This document shows positions 17,149-25,913 of a stretch of 25,913 nucleotides of DNA, piece by piece. The stretch comes from a virus (Duplodnaviria; Caudoviricetes): IMG/VR virus record IMGVR_UViG_3300036778_000095, positions 1-25,913 of that record. One strand, 5' to 3'. The position numbers and the translations under genes were made by a program. The first letter of the stretch is position 1; every line of letters starts with the position of its first letter. Below the pieces are notes generated by a model. That model was not told where the DNA came from. It saw only the letters and a program-made list of their open reading frames with translations, and ran no database searches.

Positions 17149-18209
17149 GAGCCTTATTTACCCCTGAAGTTGTGCCACGCCTCGGCGTGGTACTGCTCAA
17201 GCCCGGCAAGGAGCTGATGCGGTTATTTTCTGGTGGGCGTGTCCTGGTTGAAGAAGTGCCGGAAAGTATGTCGCGACTGCCGTCGGGCCGTGTACCTGAT
17301 GCACGCCAGCCGCTGGCCAGTGACAGGACGCTGGATAAGTTTTTCACCGATGAGAGAGTTATCAATGCCGCTGGCGGTATCCCCGCCCTTGAGGCATGGC
17401 TGGAACGGAACGTGAAAGAATGCCAGTACCCATATTCTGATTATCACCATATGGAGCTGGTGACCATGCGACACCCGCCCGGGGCGATGATGCTGTGCTG
17501 GCACTGCGAAAACCAGCTGCGCCAGCAGACCACCGCCCAGCTGTCGGATATGGCCCGCGCCAATGTTGTTGACTGGATAATAGATACCGTCCTGATGCGC
17601 CTGCGCTTCAATCGTGAACGTGAGCTGTCACTGGCGGAATTATGCTGGTGGGCGGTCTATTCCGGGGTCGCTGACGCTATTACCGAGAGCATGGCGGAAA
17701 AGGCGCTGCTGCTGCCTGGTGAGAAGTTTCTTTCCGTCTACAAGGAAAGTGACATTGTGCCTTCTGTTCCAGCCGTATCCGTGATGAAGCAGCGAACTGA
17801 CCGCGTAGCGGTGACGCAGCTGAGCAGGAGCTGTGAGCAGCAGCAGGAGGCGCAGGAACACCAGCCGAAGGTGCTGGCGCTGCGTGCGGATCCGGAATCG
17901 CCTGAATCCTTCATGCTGCGACCAAAGCGCCGACGCTGGACCTGTGAAGAATACACCCGTTGGGTAAAGGCGCAGCCCTGTGAATGTTGCCGCCGACCAG
18001 CAGACGATCCGCACCATATCATCGGGCATGGTATGGGCGGTACAGCAACAAAAGCCCACGATCTCTTCGTGTTCCCTCTGTGCAGAGAGTGCCACGACGA
18101 GTTGCATAGAAGTGTCGCTGAGTTCGAACGGAAACATGGTTCGCAGCTTACCCTGCTGTTCCGTTTTCTGGATCGGGCGCTGGCGATCGGCGTAATAGTT
18201 AAAGCGTAA
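17145..18209 (+). CDS. DUF968-family phage protein with C-terminal HNH/Zn-like motif
   Basis: MRALFTPEVVPRLGVVLLKPG start, LCWHCEN, LAELCWWA, and PCECC..PADDPHHIIGHG...PLCRECHDELH. Confidence 0.88.
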   Translation: MRALFTPEVVPRLGVVLLKPGKELMRLFSGGRVLVEEVPESMSRLPSGRVPDARQPLASDRTLDKFFTDERVINAAGGIPALEAWLERNVKECQYPYSDYHHMELVTMRHPPGAMMLCWHCENQLRQQTTAQLSDMARANVVDWIIDTVLMRLRFNRERELSLAELCWWAVYSGVADAITESMAEKALLLPGEKFLSVYKESDIVPSVPAVSVMKQRTDRVAVTQLSRSCEQQQEAQEHQPKVLALRADPESPESFMLRPKRRRWTCEEYTRWVKAQPCECCRRPADDPHHIIGHGMGGTATKAHDLFVFPLCRECHDELHRSVAEFERKHGSQLTLLFRFLDRALAIGVIVKA

Positions 18210-18230
18210 GTGTATGGAGCGCTAATCTGA

Positions 18231-18926
18231 ATGAACTTACAAGCCATTGAATACACCCGTGTTGAAGTCCGTCATGCCCTGCTGGATCTGTCAGGAGGGA
18301 CAAAAGGGCAGTTGCAGGCGTTTAGCGAGCACCCACCAGCAGACAAGAATAAGTCACCGCGGCGCAATCAGAACGTTATTGAACTTGAGGGTGGGGAAGG
18401 TTGTGGCCGGTCGTTTGCAAAAGCTCTCACCACACCGGTTTATGTACTGGAGACGAGAAGCCGGCGCAGGGCATTTCCCCCGATACAGGATCTGGAATTC
18501 CATTACGCTCCGTGGCGCCGCGTTATCAATTCACTGGAGGAATACCAGCAGGCGTGGATCCGGTACTGCTACGGTTTCGATCTGAACTTCAAATATCAGA
18601 CGCTAATGTGCCAGCACGTCTGGAACGAATTCCAGAACTGTCAGGTAGAGCGAAAGCTCCAGTCGCGGGTTGTGAAAAAACTGCTCGGTCTGGTCTGGCT
18701 GGCCGCGCAGGAGGTGGCGGCTACCAGAAACAATGACACTTACCGGGAATACGCGGGGGCGGCGCTGGCGCGCATGATGAGTGTGGACCGTTCTACCTGG
18801 TTAAGGGTGTATGCAGCGCACTGGGCAAAGTTTAAAGCGGCATTTGCTGAACTGGACAACCAGACGTTGCACACCATCTTCATCAGGCATGAAGAGGTTG
18901 ATGTACCCAGTGAACAGGAAATGTGA
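18231..18926 (+). CDS. Late-gene antitermination protein Q
   Basis: Located just upstream of the late/lysis region. DLSGGTKGQLQAF, ETRSRRR, WIRYCYG and LVWLAAQ motifs of a phage antiterminator Q family. Confidence 0.85.
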   Translation: MNLQAIEYTRVEVRHALLDLSGGTKGQLQAFSEHPPADKNKSPRRNQNVIELEGGEGCGRSFAKALTTPVYVLETRSRRRAFPPIQDLEFHYAPWRRVINSLEEYQQAWIRYCYGFDLNFKYQTLMCQHVWNEFQNCQVERKLQSRVVKKLLGLVWLAAQEVAATRNNDTYREYAGAALARMMSVDRSTWLRVYAAHWAKFKAAFAELDNQTLHTIFIRHEEVDVPSEQEM

Positions 18927-18956
18927 CATAACTTTCACTATCTCCCCCTATCTGGC

Positions 18957-18985
18957 TTGCAAAATGCAACAAAATGAGCGATATT
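18957..18985 (+). promoter_or_regulatory. Candidate late promoter pR'
   Basis: TTGCAA-17 bp-GATATT directly after Q and before a strong terminator. The -10 match is weak. Confidence 0.4.
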
Positions 18986-19020
18986 TAAGGCTAATTTGAT
19001 ATTTTGTCAAAGTTCTATCT

Positions 19021-19046
19021 AACCTCGCCTCGGCGGGGTTTTTTTA
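19021..19046 (+). terminator. tR'-like terminator
   Basis: AACCTCGCC-TC-GGCGGGGTT hairpin followed by a T-run. Confidence 0.8.
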
Positions 19047-19168
19047 TGCCTTAAAAATGCCACCAGTGCAGTTAATACGCTGGTGGTTGTGAATGACTTC
19101 TTTTCTGCTTGCTGGCATTTCGAACCAGAGTTATCTGTATGTCATCAGAAACTAAACGGTAATTAATC

Positions 19169-19360
19169 ATGTTAAAACAGCAAGATATGGCAGAAGCGGC
19201 AAAGGCGGTTTTTAATGAATTAAGCGACGACCCGGCTACGGTCGGGGAAATTTCGCAGAATACACACCTGACGCGCGAACGCTGCCAGTTGATACTGACG
19301 CAATTAGTGATGGCGGGTTTATCTGACTACCAGTTTGGATGTTATAAGCGCCTCCGGTAA
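19169..19360 (+). CDS. Small winged-HTH protein (TrmB-like)
   Basis: MLKQQDM...PATVGEISQNTHLTRERCQLILTQLVMAGL, a small ORF commonly seen before the late methylase in lambdoid prophages. Confidence 0.7.
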   Translation: MLKQQDMAEAAKAVFNELSDDPATVGEISQNTHLTRERCQLILTQLVMAGLSDYQFGCYKRLR

Positions 19361-19509
19361 TGGAGGCTTCCTGCTGTGAAAATGGGCGGCTGGTGGGTGT
19401 TGTAGCACCCGGCCAGCCATTCGCTCATGCTTAAGGTCACAAGCGAACCAGGGCCCACCGCTTTAGCGCAAAAGCATAGTGAGCCTAACAGAGTCCCGCT
19501 TACTGATCT

Positions 19510-20556
19510 ATGAAAAATACTGTAAAAATATCCAGTGTTGAATTGTTCAACGCTGATTGCCTGCAAGTTCTCTCCCAGACGCCAGACAACTCCATCGACC
19601 TTATCTGCACTGACCCGCCGTATTTTCGGGTTAAACCAGAAGGCTGGGATAACCAGTGGCGCGGTGATGCTGATTATCTGGCTTGGCTTGATAAGTGTCT
19701 GGCTGAGTTCTGGAGGGTGTTAAAGCCAAACGGTAGCATTTACCTGTTCAGCGGGCACCGCCTGGCAGCCGATATCGAGCTGCTGATGCGTAACCGCTTT
19801 AATATCCTCAACCACATAATCTGGGCGAAGCCATCAGGTCGGTGGAAAGGGTGCAACAAGGAAAGCCTGCGCGCTTACTTCCCGTCAACTGAGCGCGTTA
19901 TTTTTGCTGAACATTATCCGGGGCCATACAAGCCCGACGGTTACGCAAAAGAGTGCGACAGCACCAAACAGCACCTCATGACGCCGCTGATTGATTATTT
20001 CCGCAATGCTCGCGAGGCGCTGGGCGTTACGTCAAAGCAAATCGCTGACGCTACCGGAAAGAAAAATATGGTTTCTCACTGGTTCGGTGCCAGCCAGTGG
20101 CAGCTCCCCAGCGAATCTGATTATTCGAAGCTGCAGCAACTCTTCACCCGGATTGCAATTACTAAGCACCTCAATAATGAGCTGGATCACCCGCATCACC
20201 AGCTTGTGGCTTCTTACCGGTCGTTGAACCGCAAATACGCAGAGCTGATCGAGGAGTTCAAAACTCTCCGCCGTCCGTTCTCCGTCACCGTTTCGGTACC
20301 GTATACCGACGTATGGACACATAAACCGGTCCAGTTTTACCCCGGAAAGCACCCGTGCGAAAAACCGGCTGACATGCTGCGGGAGATTATCAGCGCCAGC
20401 AGTAAACCCGGCGATACCGTTGCTGATTTCTTTATGGGGTCAGGCTCAACGATAAAGGCAGCCATCGCGCTTGGTCGACGGGGTATCGGTGTGGAGCTGG
20501 AAACCGAACGATTCAACCAGACTGTCTGCGAAATCAGAGAGCAGGCAAAGAAATAG
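19510..20556 (+). CDS. Orphan DNA amino-methyltransferase (N6-A/N4-C, beta arrangement)
   Basis: Catalytic DPPY near the N-terminus, HPCEKP, and SAM-binding DFFMGSGST near the C-terminus. Confidence 0.92.
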   Translation: MKNTVKISSVELFNADCLQVLSQTPDNSIDLICTDPPYFRVKPEGWDNQWRGDADYLAWLDKCLAEFWRVLKPNGSIYLFSGHRLAADIELLMRNRFNILNHIIWAKPSGRWKGCNKESLRAYFPSTERVIFAEHYPGPYKPDGYAKECDSTKQHLMTPLIDYFRNAREALGVTSKQIADATGKKNMVSHWFGASQWQLPSESDYSKLQQLFTRIAITKHLNNELDHPHHQLVASYRSLNRKYAELIEEFKTLRRPFSVTVSVPYTDVWTHKPVQFYPGKHPCEKPADMLREIISASSKPGDTVADFFMGSGSTIKAAIALGRRGIGVELETERFNQTVCEIREQAKK

Positions 20557-20697
20557 CAATCCACTGCGGCGCATCTGCTGTGGTGGTGCTTCCTTTTCAG
20601 GCTCAGGGATTCACCCTCGACACTGCCATGTAGAACGAAAGCCCTGCAGCCTGAATCCTCCAACACAGCACCCGCACAATGCGCGAGGTGAGAGATG

Positions 20698-21039
20698 ATG
20701 AAAATGCCTAACACACCACATGGATGGGCAGACATTAGCGAAATTCTTGCGTCCTGGTGGCGCGGCGACGTCCCAATTGGCGGCGTTGTTATGGCAATCG
20801 TGATGGCTGTCCTGAGAATGGCTTACTCCGGCAGTAGCTGGAAAGAAACGATATTTGAGGGGCTTATGTGCGGCGCGCTGGCGCTGACCACGTATTCCGC
20901 ACTGGATTACTTCGACGTTCCGAAAGCACTGACCGTTGGTATTGGTGGTTTCATCGGCTTCGTCGGTGTGAAGAAACTCAGTACTTTTTTATCCGGGTAT
21001 GTCGGAAACCGTTTTGGGGGTGGAAATGCAAATAAGTAA
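20698..21039 (+). CDS. Lambda-family holin with a Met-Lys-Met dual-start motif
   Basis: Three hydrophobic segments, IGFVGV motif, basic C-terminus. ATG(20695)-ATG(20698)-AAA-ATG(20704) after a GAGGTG RBS. Confidence 0.88.
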   Translation: MKMPNTPHGWADISEILASWWRGDVPIGGVVMAIVMAVLRMAYSGSSWKETIFEGLMCGALALTTYSALDYFDVPKALTVGIGGFIGFVGVKKLSTFLSGYVGNRFGGGNANK

Positions 21040-21466
21040 TAACGGCATTGCGCTGATTAAACAGTTCGAAGGCTGCCGGCTTACGGCTTACCAGGACAGC
21101 GTCGGTGTATGGACTATCGGTTATGGATGGACTCAGCCTGTCGATGGTAAGCAAATCCGCGCTGGGATGACCATCAAGCAGGATACAGCAGAACGTCTGT
21201 TGAAAACCGGTCTGGTCAGTTACGAAAATGACGTAACGCGTCTGGTTAAGGTCGGTCTAAGTCAGGGGCAGTTCGATGCGCTGGTGTCGTTCACATATAA
21301 CCTTGGTGCGCGGTCACTATCGACATCAACCCTTCTGCAGAAACTTAATGCTGGTGATTACGCTGGCGCCGCCGACGAGTTCCTGCGCTGGAATAAGGCG
21401 GGCGGGAAAGTCCTGAACGGACTCACCCGTCGGCGTGAGGCGGAGCGTGCTCTGTTCCTGTCGTGA
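21026..21466 (+). CDS. Endolysin, GH24 lysozyme
   Basis: E-X8-D-X5-T triad ([16 protein letters not shown]), [17 protein letters not shown] and [14 protein letters not shown]. Confidence 0.95.
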   Translation: MQISNNGIALIKQFEGCRLTAYQDSVGVWTIGYGWTQPVDGKQIRAGMTIKQDTAERLLKTGLVSYENDVTRLVKVGLSQGQFDALVSFTYNLGARSLSTSTLLQKLNAGDYAGAADEFLRWNKAGGKVLNGLTRRREAERALFLS

Positions 21467-21990
21467 TTGCACTGATGGAAAAGTACTGGAAGCCACTGGT
21501 GCTGATACTGCTGGTGGCCGGTGCATTTTCCGCGGGGGACGTATGGCGCGATCGTGCGTGGCAAACAAGATGGTCCGAGCGTGACAGTGCAGAGTCTTCT
21601 CAGGCTGCGAACGCGCAGACCGCTGCCCGCATGATTGAACAAGGGCGCATTATTGCCCGTGATGAGGCTGTAAAAGATGCACAAGCGCAAGCCGCTAAAT
21701 CTATTGCTGCTACTGCTGGTCTGTCTGCCACTGTTAGTCAGTTGCAGCAACAAGCAACAAAACTTGCCACCCGCCTGGACGCCGCAAAGCACACCGCAGA
21801 TCTTGCCGCTGCCGTCGGAAGCAAAACAGCCAGCGCCAACGCCGCAATGCTTGCCAACATGCTCGGAAGCCTTGCAGCAGAAGCTAAATATTATGCTGGA
21901 CGAGCTGACGAGAGCTATCGCGCCGGAATGACGTGCCAGAAAATTTACGACTCTGTAAGGGAGTCAAACAATAGCCCCATTCCTAAGTAA
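21463..21990 (+). CDS. Rz-like inner-membrane spanin (DUF2514-like)
   Basis: N-terminal TM helix, long Ala-rich coiled coil, C-terminal GMTCQKIYD. Follows the endolysin with a GTGA overlap. Confidence 0.85.
   Translation: MIALMEKYWKPLVLILLVAGAFSAGDVWRDRAWQTRWSERDSAESSQAANAQTAARMIEQGRIIARDEAVKDAQAQAAKSIAATAGLSATVSQLQQQATKLATRLDAAKHTADLAAAVGSKTASANAAMLANMLGSLAAEAKYYAGRADESYRAGMTCQKIYDSVRESNNSPIPK
21677..21931 (+). CDS. Rz1-like outer-membrane spanin lipoprotein embedded in Rz
   Basis: +1 frame inside Rz. Basic N-terminus, Leu-rich core, lipobox LVSC, Pro-rich mature part, GAGG RBS. Confidence 0.85.
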   Translation: MHKRKPLNLLLLLLVCLPLLVSCSNKQQNLPPAWTPQSTPQILPLPSEAKQPAPTPQCLPTCSEALQQKLNIMLDELTRAIAPE

Positions 21991-22223
21991 CTGTGACGGT
22001 TCGCAACCGAAATCTCTCTGACTGATATTATGATTGTGAATCTATTTTATCTGTTTTTTATAGATTAATTGATTATAAATCAATGGAATGAGATTTTTTG
22101 TTTAACGCTCACTGTTTTTCTCTTACGGTCGCCGGAACTTCTTTTCTAAGGATCGAAAAAGAACGCGCATGAATATAGTGATTTATATCAATTTAACTTC
22201 AACTGGATGGAGTAAGTTTTACA

Positions 22224-22239
22224 CTGTATATATATACAG
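22224..22239. promoter_or_regulatory. Consensus LexA (SOS) box at the bacteriocin promoter
   Basis: CTGT-ATATATAT-ACAG, overlapping a candidate -10 TACACT (22220-22225), 44 bp upstream of the ATG. Confidence 0.92.
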
Positions 22240-22283
22240 GTGTTATCTGTGTGCAGGAAGAATTAATCATAGGAGAACGATAT

Positions 22284-25200
22284 ATGAGTGGTGGTGATGG
22301 GATTGGTCACAACAGTGGCGCTCACGAAACAGGTAGTATAAACGGCACATCAGGCCGCGGAGGTTCTTCCTCCGGTAGTGGTACAGATCCAAACAGTGGA
22401 TCGGGCTGGGGTACAACGCATACGCCAAACGGCGATATTCATAACTATAATCCGGGGGAGTTTGGTGGAGGAAATCACTCTGGGGGCAACAACGGCAGCC
22501 ATAGTGGTGGATCAGGTAATAGCCCCTCTTCGGGAATCGCAATGGCATTCGGTTTTCCTGCACTGGCCGCACCAGGCGTCGGTAGCCTGACGATTTCAGG
22601 GGAAGCGGTGTTGTCAACTGCTCTGACGGATGCATTTTCAGCTCTGAAAGGCCCATTTAAATTTGGGCTCTGGGGAATCGCGCTTTACGGAATTATGCCC
22701 ACCGAAATAGCGAAGGATGACCCATTGCTGATGTCGAAAATTGTAACTTCATTACCAGCGGATACGGTGACAGACACGCAAGTAGGTAGCCTGCCGCTGG
22801 ACCAGGCAACGGTCAGCGTTAATAAACGCTTGGCGGACGTGGTAAAGGATGAGCGACAGCATCTTGCAGTGGTGACCGGAGTGCCGATGAGTGTTCCTGT
22901 GGTGGATGCGAAACCGACCTTGCAACCTAAAATGTTCAGGGTTTCCGTGCCGGGACTACCCATCTTGAATGTGAACACTGAACGTAGTGGGGCTCCGGCC
23001 TCAACAACGCTGCCACGGGGCTTCACTGAAGATAAGGACAGGACGGTACAACCGTCTGACTTTACCTTTGGCGGCAACACCCGCGATCTTGTGGTTCGTT
23101 TTCCTGCGGACAGTGGTGAGAAGCCGATTTATATTTCAGTAATGGACGTTTTGAGGCCGGACCAAGTCAAACAACGGCAAAATGCTGAAAATCAATACCA
23201 GGCCAACTTTTATTCTATGTTAGATCGTGCGCGTCAACTGGCGCAGTCGCAGTCAGTGGGTGCTGCAAATACGGAGGAGCTGAGGGCTGCATTTATCCGT
23301 GACCGTGCGGGCTTCCGGCCAGCGGACCTTGAGGCAATCAATGCTGAGCTGGACAGAGCCACCGTGGCTGAAACCGGCTACCAGGCAAACTACCGTTCGA
23401 TGCTGGAGCGTGCTCGCCAGCTGGCGCAATCGCAGTCAGTGGGTGCTGCAAATACGGAGGAGCTGAGGGCTGCATTTATCCGTGACCGTGCGGGCTTCCG
23501 GCCAGCGGACTTTGAGGCAATCAATGCGGAGCTGGACAGAGCCACCGTGGCTGAAACCGGCTACCAGGCAAACTACCGTTCGATGCTGGAGCGTGCGCGT
23601 CAACTGGCGCAGTCGCAGTCAGTGGGTGCTGCAAATACGGAGGAGCTGAGGGCTGCATTTATCCGTGACCGTGCGGGCTTCCGGCCAGCGGACCTTGAGG
23701 CAATCAATGCTGAGCTGGACAGAGCCACCGTGGCTGAAACCGGCTACCAGGCAAACTACCGTTCGATGCTGGAGCGTGCTCGCCAGCTGGCGCAGTCGCA
23801 GTCAGTGGGTGCTGCAAATACGGAGGAGCTGAGGGCTGCATTTATCCGTGACCGTGCGGGCTTCCGGCCAGCGGACCTTGAGGCAATCAATGCTGAGCTG
23901 GACAGAGCCACCGTGGCTGAAACCGGCTACCAGGCAAACTACCGTTCGATGCTGGAGCGTGCTCGCCAGCTGGCGCAGTCGCAGTCAGTGGGTGCTGCAA
24001 ATACGGAGGAGCTGAGGGCTGCATTTATCCGTGACCGTGCGGGCTTCCGGCCAGCGGACCTTGAGGCAATCAACGCGGAACTGGACCGTGCAACCATCGA
24101 ACAGGAAAAAATCCGTCACGCTCGGCAGGCCGCAGCCGATAAGCTAAAAGCTGCGGATGTACAGTCAGTTCGAGGTACCTCTGATACTGTTGTGCCATCG
24201 ACCCCGTTGTCCTGGGCGGTGGCTTCCGCTGGATGCATTTCATTAGGAGGTGATGTTGCTGACAGTGTGTCTTCCCGTCTTGTTGACGGTCTTGCAGAAC
24301 TGCATGGTATAGCTACAGAAAACCTTGTTGGACCAGTAGCAGTAACCGTGGCTTCGCTGTTGTATTCCAGGTATCTGGGAGCCAACAGGGGGATAATTCC
24401 CGGCAGAGATATCAGTGCCCTAATGCCGGGAGATGCACTGGGTTTACCGGATAGTACTGTTCTTAACCATGCTGCAGATGAGAAAACGTCCATTTCCATG
24501 CCAGTCCGTGGGCGAATGATTTTACATAGTGATGGTTTGCTGGATACACAACTTGTGCGCACACCTGTTGCCGGCAGTGTTCCGGTAGTTCGCGGAGTGC
24601 TAGATGAGGATACTGGGTACTGGGGATTTACGCTCCCAATGATGCCTGGGTTACCCGGGCAGTCTATTCTGGTGAGTCCGTCCGATGCTCCTGGTGTTAA
24701 CGGTCCTCTGGGACTTACCGGACCGGTACCATTGCCTGAAACCTTTGTGCATACTGGAGATCCGGATTTTGCCCCGCAGGGTGTTGCAACAACGGTGACA
24801 CCGGTGGCGGACGACCTAGAATTCAGCGATCTTATTTTGATCTTTCCAGCTGAGTCCGGTCTGAAGTCGCTCTATGTTATGCTGCGTAATCCACGGAATA
24901 TGCCAGGCACGGCAAGTGGGCGTGGTCAGCAGGTCGGCGATAACTGGCTTACCGGGGCTGGTATCGGTAATGGTGCGCCAATTCCGAGCAAGATTGCGGA
25001 TAATCTGCGCGGACGTGAGTTCGGGAGTTTTGATGCGTTTCGACGGGCTGTGTGGGGTGAAGTTGGAAAAGAACCAAGTTTGTCTGGTCAATTTTCTGGT
25101 AACAATAGGAAGGCTCTTGACAAGGGATACTCACCTTTCCCTCCTGAAGCAGAACAAGTTGGTGGCCGAATTCGTTACGAACTCCATCACATCACTCCGA

Positions 25201-25289
25201 TTAAAGATGGTGGCGATGTATACGATGTTGATAATATTGGAGTTTTAACGCCTAAAAGGCATATAGATCTTCATAAGAATGGTGAATAA
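22284..25289 (+). CDS. Colicin/pyocin-like HNH nuclease bacteriocin with five internal 61-aa tandem repeats (1001 aa)
   Basis: AGGAG RBS, MSGGDG start and Gly-rich N-terminus as in colicin E/cloacin DF13, [11 protein letters not shown]..., S-pyocin-like domain, and C-terminal [35 protein letters not shown] motif. Confidence 0.93.
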   Translation: MSGGDGIGHNSGAHETGSINGTSGRGGSSSGSGTDPNSGSGWGTTHTPNGDIHNYNPGEFGGGNHSGGNNGSHSGGSGNSPSSGIAMAFGFPALAAPGVGSLTISGEAVLSTALTDAFSALKGPFKFGLWGIALYGIMPTEIAKDDPLLMSKIVTSLPADTVTDTQVGSLPLDQATVSVNKRLADVVKDERQHLAVVTGVPMSVPVVDAKPTLQPKMFRVSVPGLPILNVNTERSGAPASTTLPRGFTEDKDRTVQPSDFTFGGNTRDLVVRFPADSGEKPIYISVMDVLRPDQVKQRQNAENQYQANFYSMLDRARQLAQSQSVGAANTEELRAAFIRDRAGFRPADLEAINAELDRATVAETGYQANYRSMLERARQLAQSQSVGAANTEELRAAFIRDRAGFRPADFEAINAELDRATVAETGYQANYRSMLERARQLAQSQSVGAANTEELRAAFIRDRAGFRPADLEAINAELDRATVAETGYQANYRSMLERARQLAQSQSVGAANTEELRAAFIRDRAGFRPADLEAINAELDRATVAETGYQANYRSMLERARQLAQSQSVGAANTEELRAAFIRDRAGFRPADLEAINAELDRATIEQEKIRHARQAAADKLKAADVQSVRGTSDTVVPSTPLSWAVASAGCISLGGDVADSVSSRLVDGLAELHGIATENLVGPVAVTVASLLYSRYLGANRGIIPGRDISALMPGDALGLPDSTVLNHAADEKTSISMPVRGRMILHSDGLLDTQLVRTPVAGSVPVVRGVLDEDTGYWGFTLPMMPGLPGQSILVSPSDAPGVNGPLGLTGPVPLPETFVHTGDPDFAPQGVATTVTPVADDLEFSDLILIFPAESGLKSLYVMLRNPRNMPGTASGRGQQVGDNWLTGAGIGNGAPIPSKIADNLRGREFGSFDAFRRAVWGEVGKEPSLSGQFSGNNRKALDKGYSPFPPEAEQVGGRIRYELHHITPIKDGGDVYDVDNIGVLTPKRHIDLHKNGE
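23184..24095 (+). repeat. Five in-frame tandem copies of a 183-bp unit
   Basis: TACCAGGC recurs at 23196, 23379, 23562, 23745 and 23928 (period 183). Unit [61 protein letters not shown]. Confidence 0.97.
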
Positions 25290-25290
25290 C

Positions 25291-25548
25291 ATGGAAAAGA
25301 CAAATATCACTGAATATACCGAAGCTGAGTTTTTGGCTCTTGTTAAGAAAATTTGCGATGCAGATTATGACACCGAAAATAAGCATACAGCGGCAGTGCT
25401 GTTGTTTAAAAAATTAGCTGAACATCCAGATGGTACTGATCTCATCTACTACCCAAAACAAGGTCAAGATGACAGTCCTGAAGGGATTGTTAAGACAGTT
25501 AAAGCATGGCGAGCTGCTAACGGTAAACCTGGATTTAAAGCTGAGTAA
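25291..25548 (+). CDS. DNase-bacteriocin immunity protein (Im7/Im9/pyocin-immunity family)
   Basis: [46 protein letters not shown]. Starts 1 nt after the toxin stop. Confidence 0.95.
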   Translation: MEKTNITEYTEAEFLALVKKICDADYDTENKHTAAVLLFKKLAEHPDGTDLIYYPKQGQDDSPEGIVKTVKAWRAANGKPGFKAE

Positions 25549-25554
25549 TTCGAG

Positions 25555-25580
25555 AGGAGCCTTCTTGAGGGCTCCTTCTG
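25555..25580 (+). terminator. Hairpin after the immunity gene, probable terminator
   Basis: AGGAGCCTT-CTTG-AGGGCTCCT followed by a weak T-rich tract. Confidence 0.55.
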
Positions 25581-25789
25581 TATCTTGATCCCGTGGCTTG
25601 GTGAACCTTCGCTTCAGTAACTAATTAGGAGGGGATGCAGGTTTTAACGTAGCGGCTTTACGGCGAGAACCGGCATCTTATCCATTATAAGGCGGTGGAT
25701 GAATGAGCCACAAAGGTACGGTACTCCGAGCTATGGTTGGTCGTTATAAATTATTGTTCACCGAGTATACTAGTGTTTATCCTCTACAG

Positions 25790-25913
25790 TGAAGTGGTCA
25801 ACAAAAACTGGCCACCGCGTTAGAGTTTTTCCAGTATCGTTTTTCCGATTCGTTTGGGGGTAACCCACCGTTATATTCATGCGGCCTGAGCGTACTGTAA
25901 TATCCAACGATAT
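25790..25913 (-). mobile_element. Right end of an IS911-like IS3-family element, truncated by the window edge
   Basis: TGAAGTGGTCAACAAAAACTGGCCACCGCGTTAGAG resembles the IS911 right inverted repeat. Minus strand encodes IVGYYSTLRPHEYNGGLPPNESEKRYWKNSNAVASFC* (OrfB C-terminus, stop at 25798-25800). Confidence 0.9.

Noticed and set aside
19510-20556. Restriction-modification system
   Set aside because: No adjacent endonuclease. Orphan methylases at this position are common in lambdoid prophages.
22240-22256. Second overlapping LexA box as in many colicin promoters
   Set aside because: GTGTTATCTGTGTGCAG lacks a correctly spaced CTG-N10-CAG. At best a degenerate remnant.
22251-22283. GTG start for the bacteriocin
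   Set aside because: The AGGAG RBS lies inside this stretch, and MSGGDG at 22284 is the canonical colicin-type start.
23184-24095. Possible CRISPR array or non-coding repeat
   Set aside because: Units are contiguous 183-bp copies with no unique spacers, in frame within a CDS, and there are no cas genes.
25549-25789. Colicin lysis protein gene after the immunity gene
   Set aside because: Only very short ORFs (MQVLT*, MNEPQRYGTPSYGWSL*) were found, with no lipobox.
1-25913. Composite transposon formed by the two terminal IS elements
   Set aside because: The two ends belong to different IS3-family elements with different terminal repeats. They more likely just mark assembly breakpoints.

Overview
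Enterobacterial accessory region made of two elements stacked at the 3' end of the tmRNA gene (ssrA), bounded at both window edges by partial IS3-family elements. Left (about 127-9170): an island with a P4/CP4-57-type integrase. It carries a complete His-Xaa-Ser radical-SAM cluster (hxsD-hxsB-hxsC-hxsA; the HxsA precursor has a signal-like N-terminus, five HxS triplets and a C-terminal peptidoglycan-binding domain), followed directly by a Gabija-like OLD nuclease + UvrD helicase pair. A 35-bp ssrA 3'-end copy at 9170-9204 marks the junction. Right (about 9205-25790): a lambdoid prophage segment with an intact integrase, excisionase, cI/cro switch, replication gene, Q, methyltransferase and holin/endolysin/Rz/Rz1 lysis cassette. 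Its early arms are eroded by deletions and no virion genes appear in the window. Right after the lysis cassette is a LexA-box-controlled nuclease bacteriocin of about 1001 aa with an unusual architecture (colicin E/cloacin-like N-terminus, five near-identical 61-aa tandem repeats, S-pyocin-like domain, HNH DNase), plus its immunity gene but no colicin lysis gene. The two best candidates for undescribed biology are (1) the repeat-containing bacteriocin, apparently coupled to phage lysis for release, and (2) the Hxs cluster sharing an island, and possibly an operon, with a Gabija-like defence pair. All family assignments come from motif recognition by eye; no searches were run.
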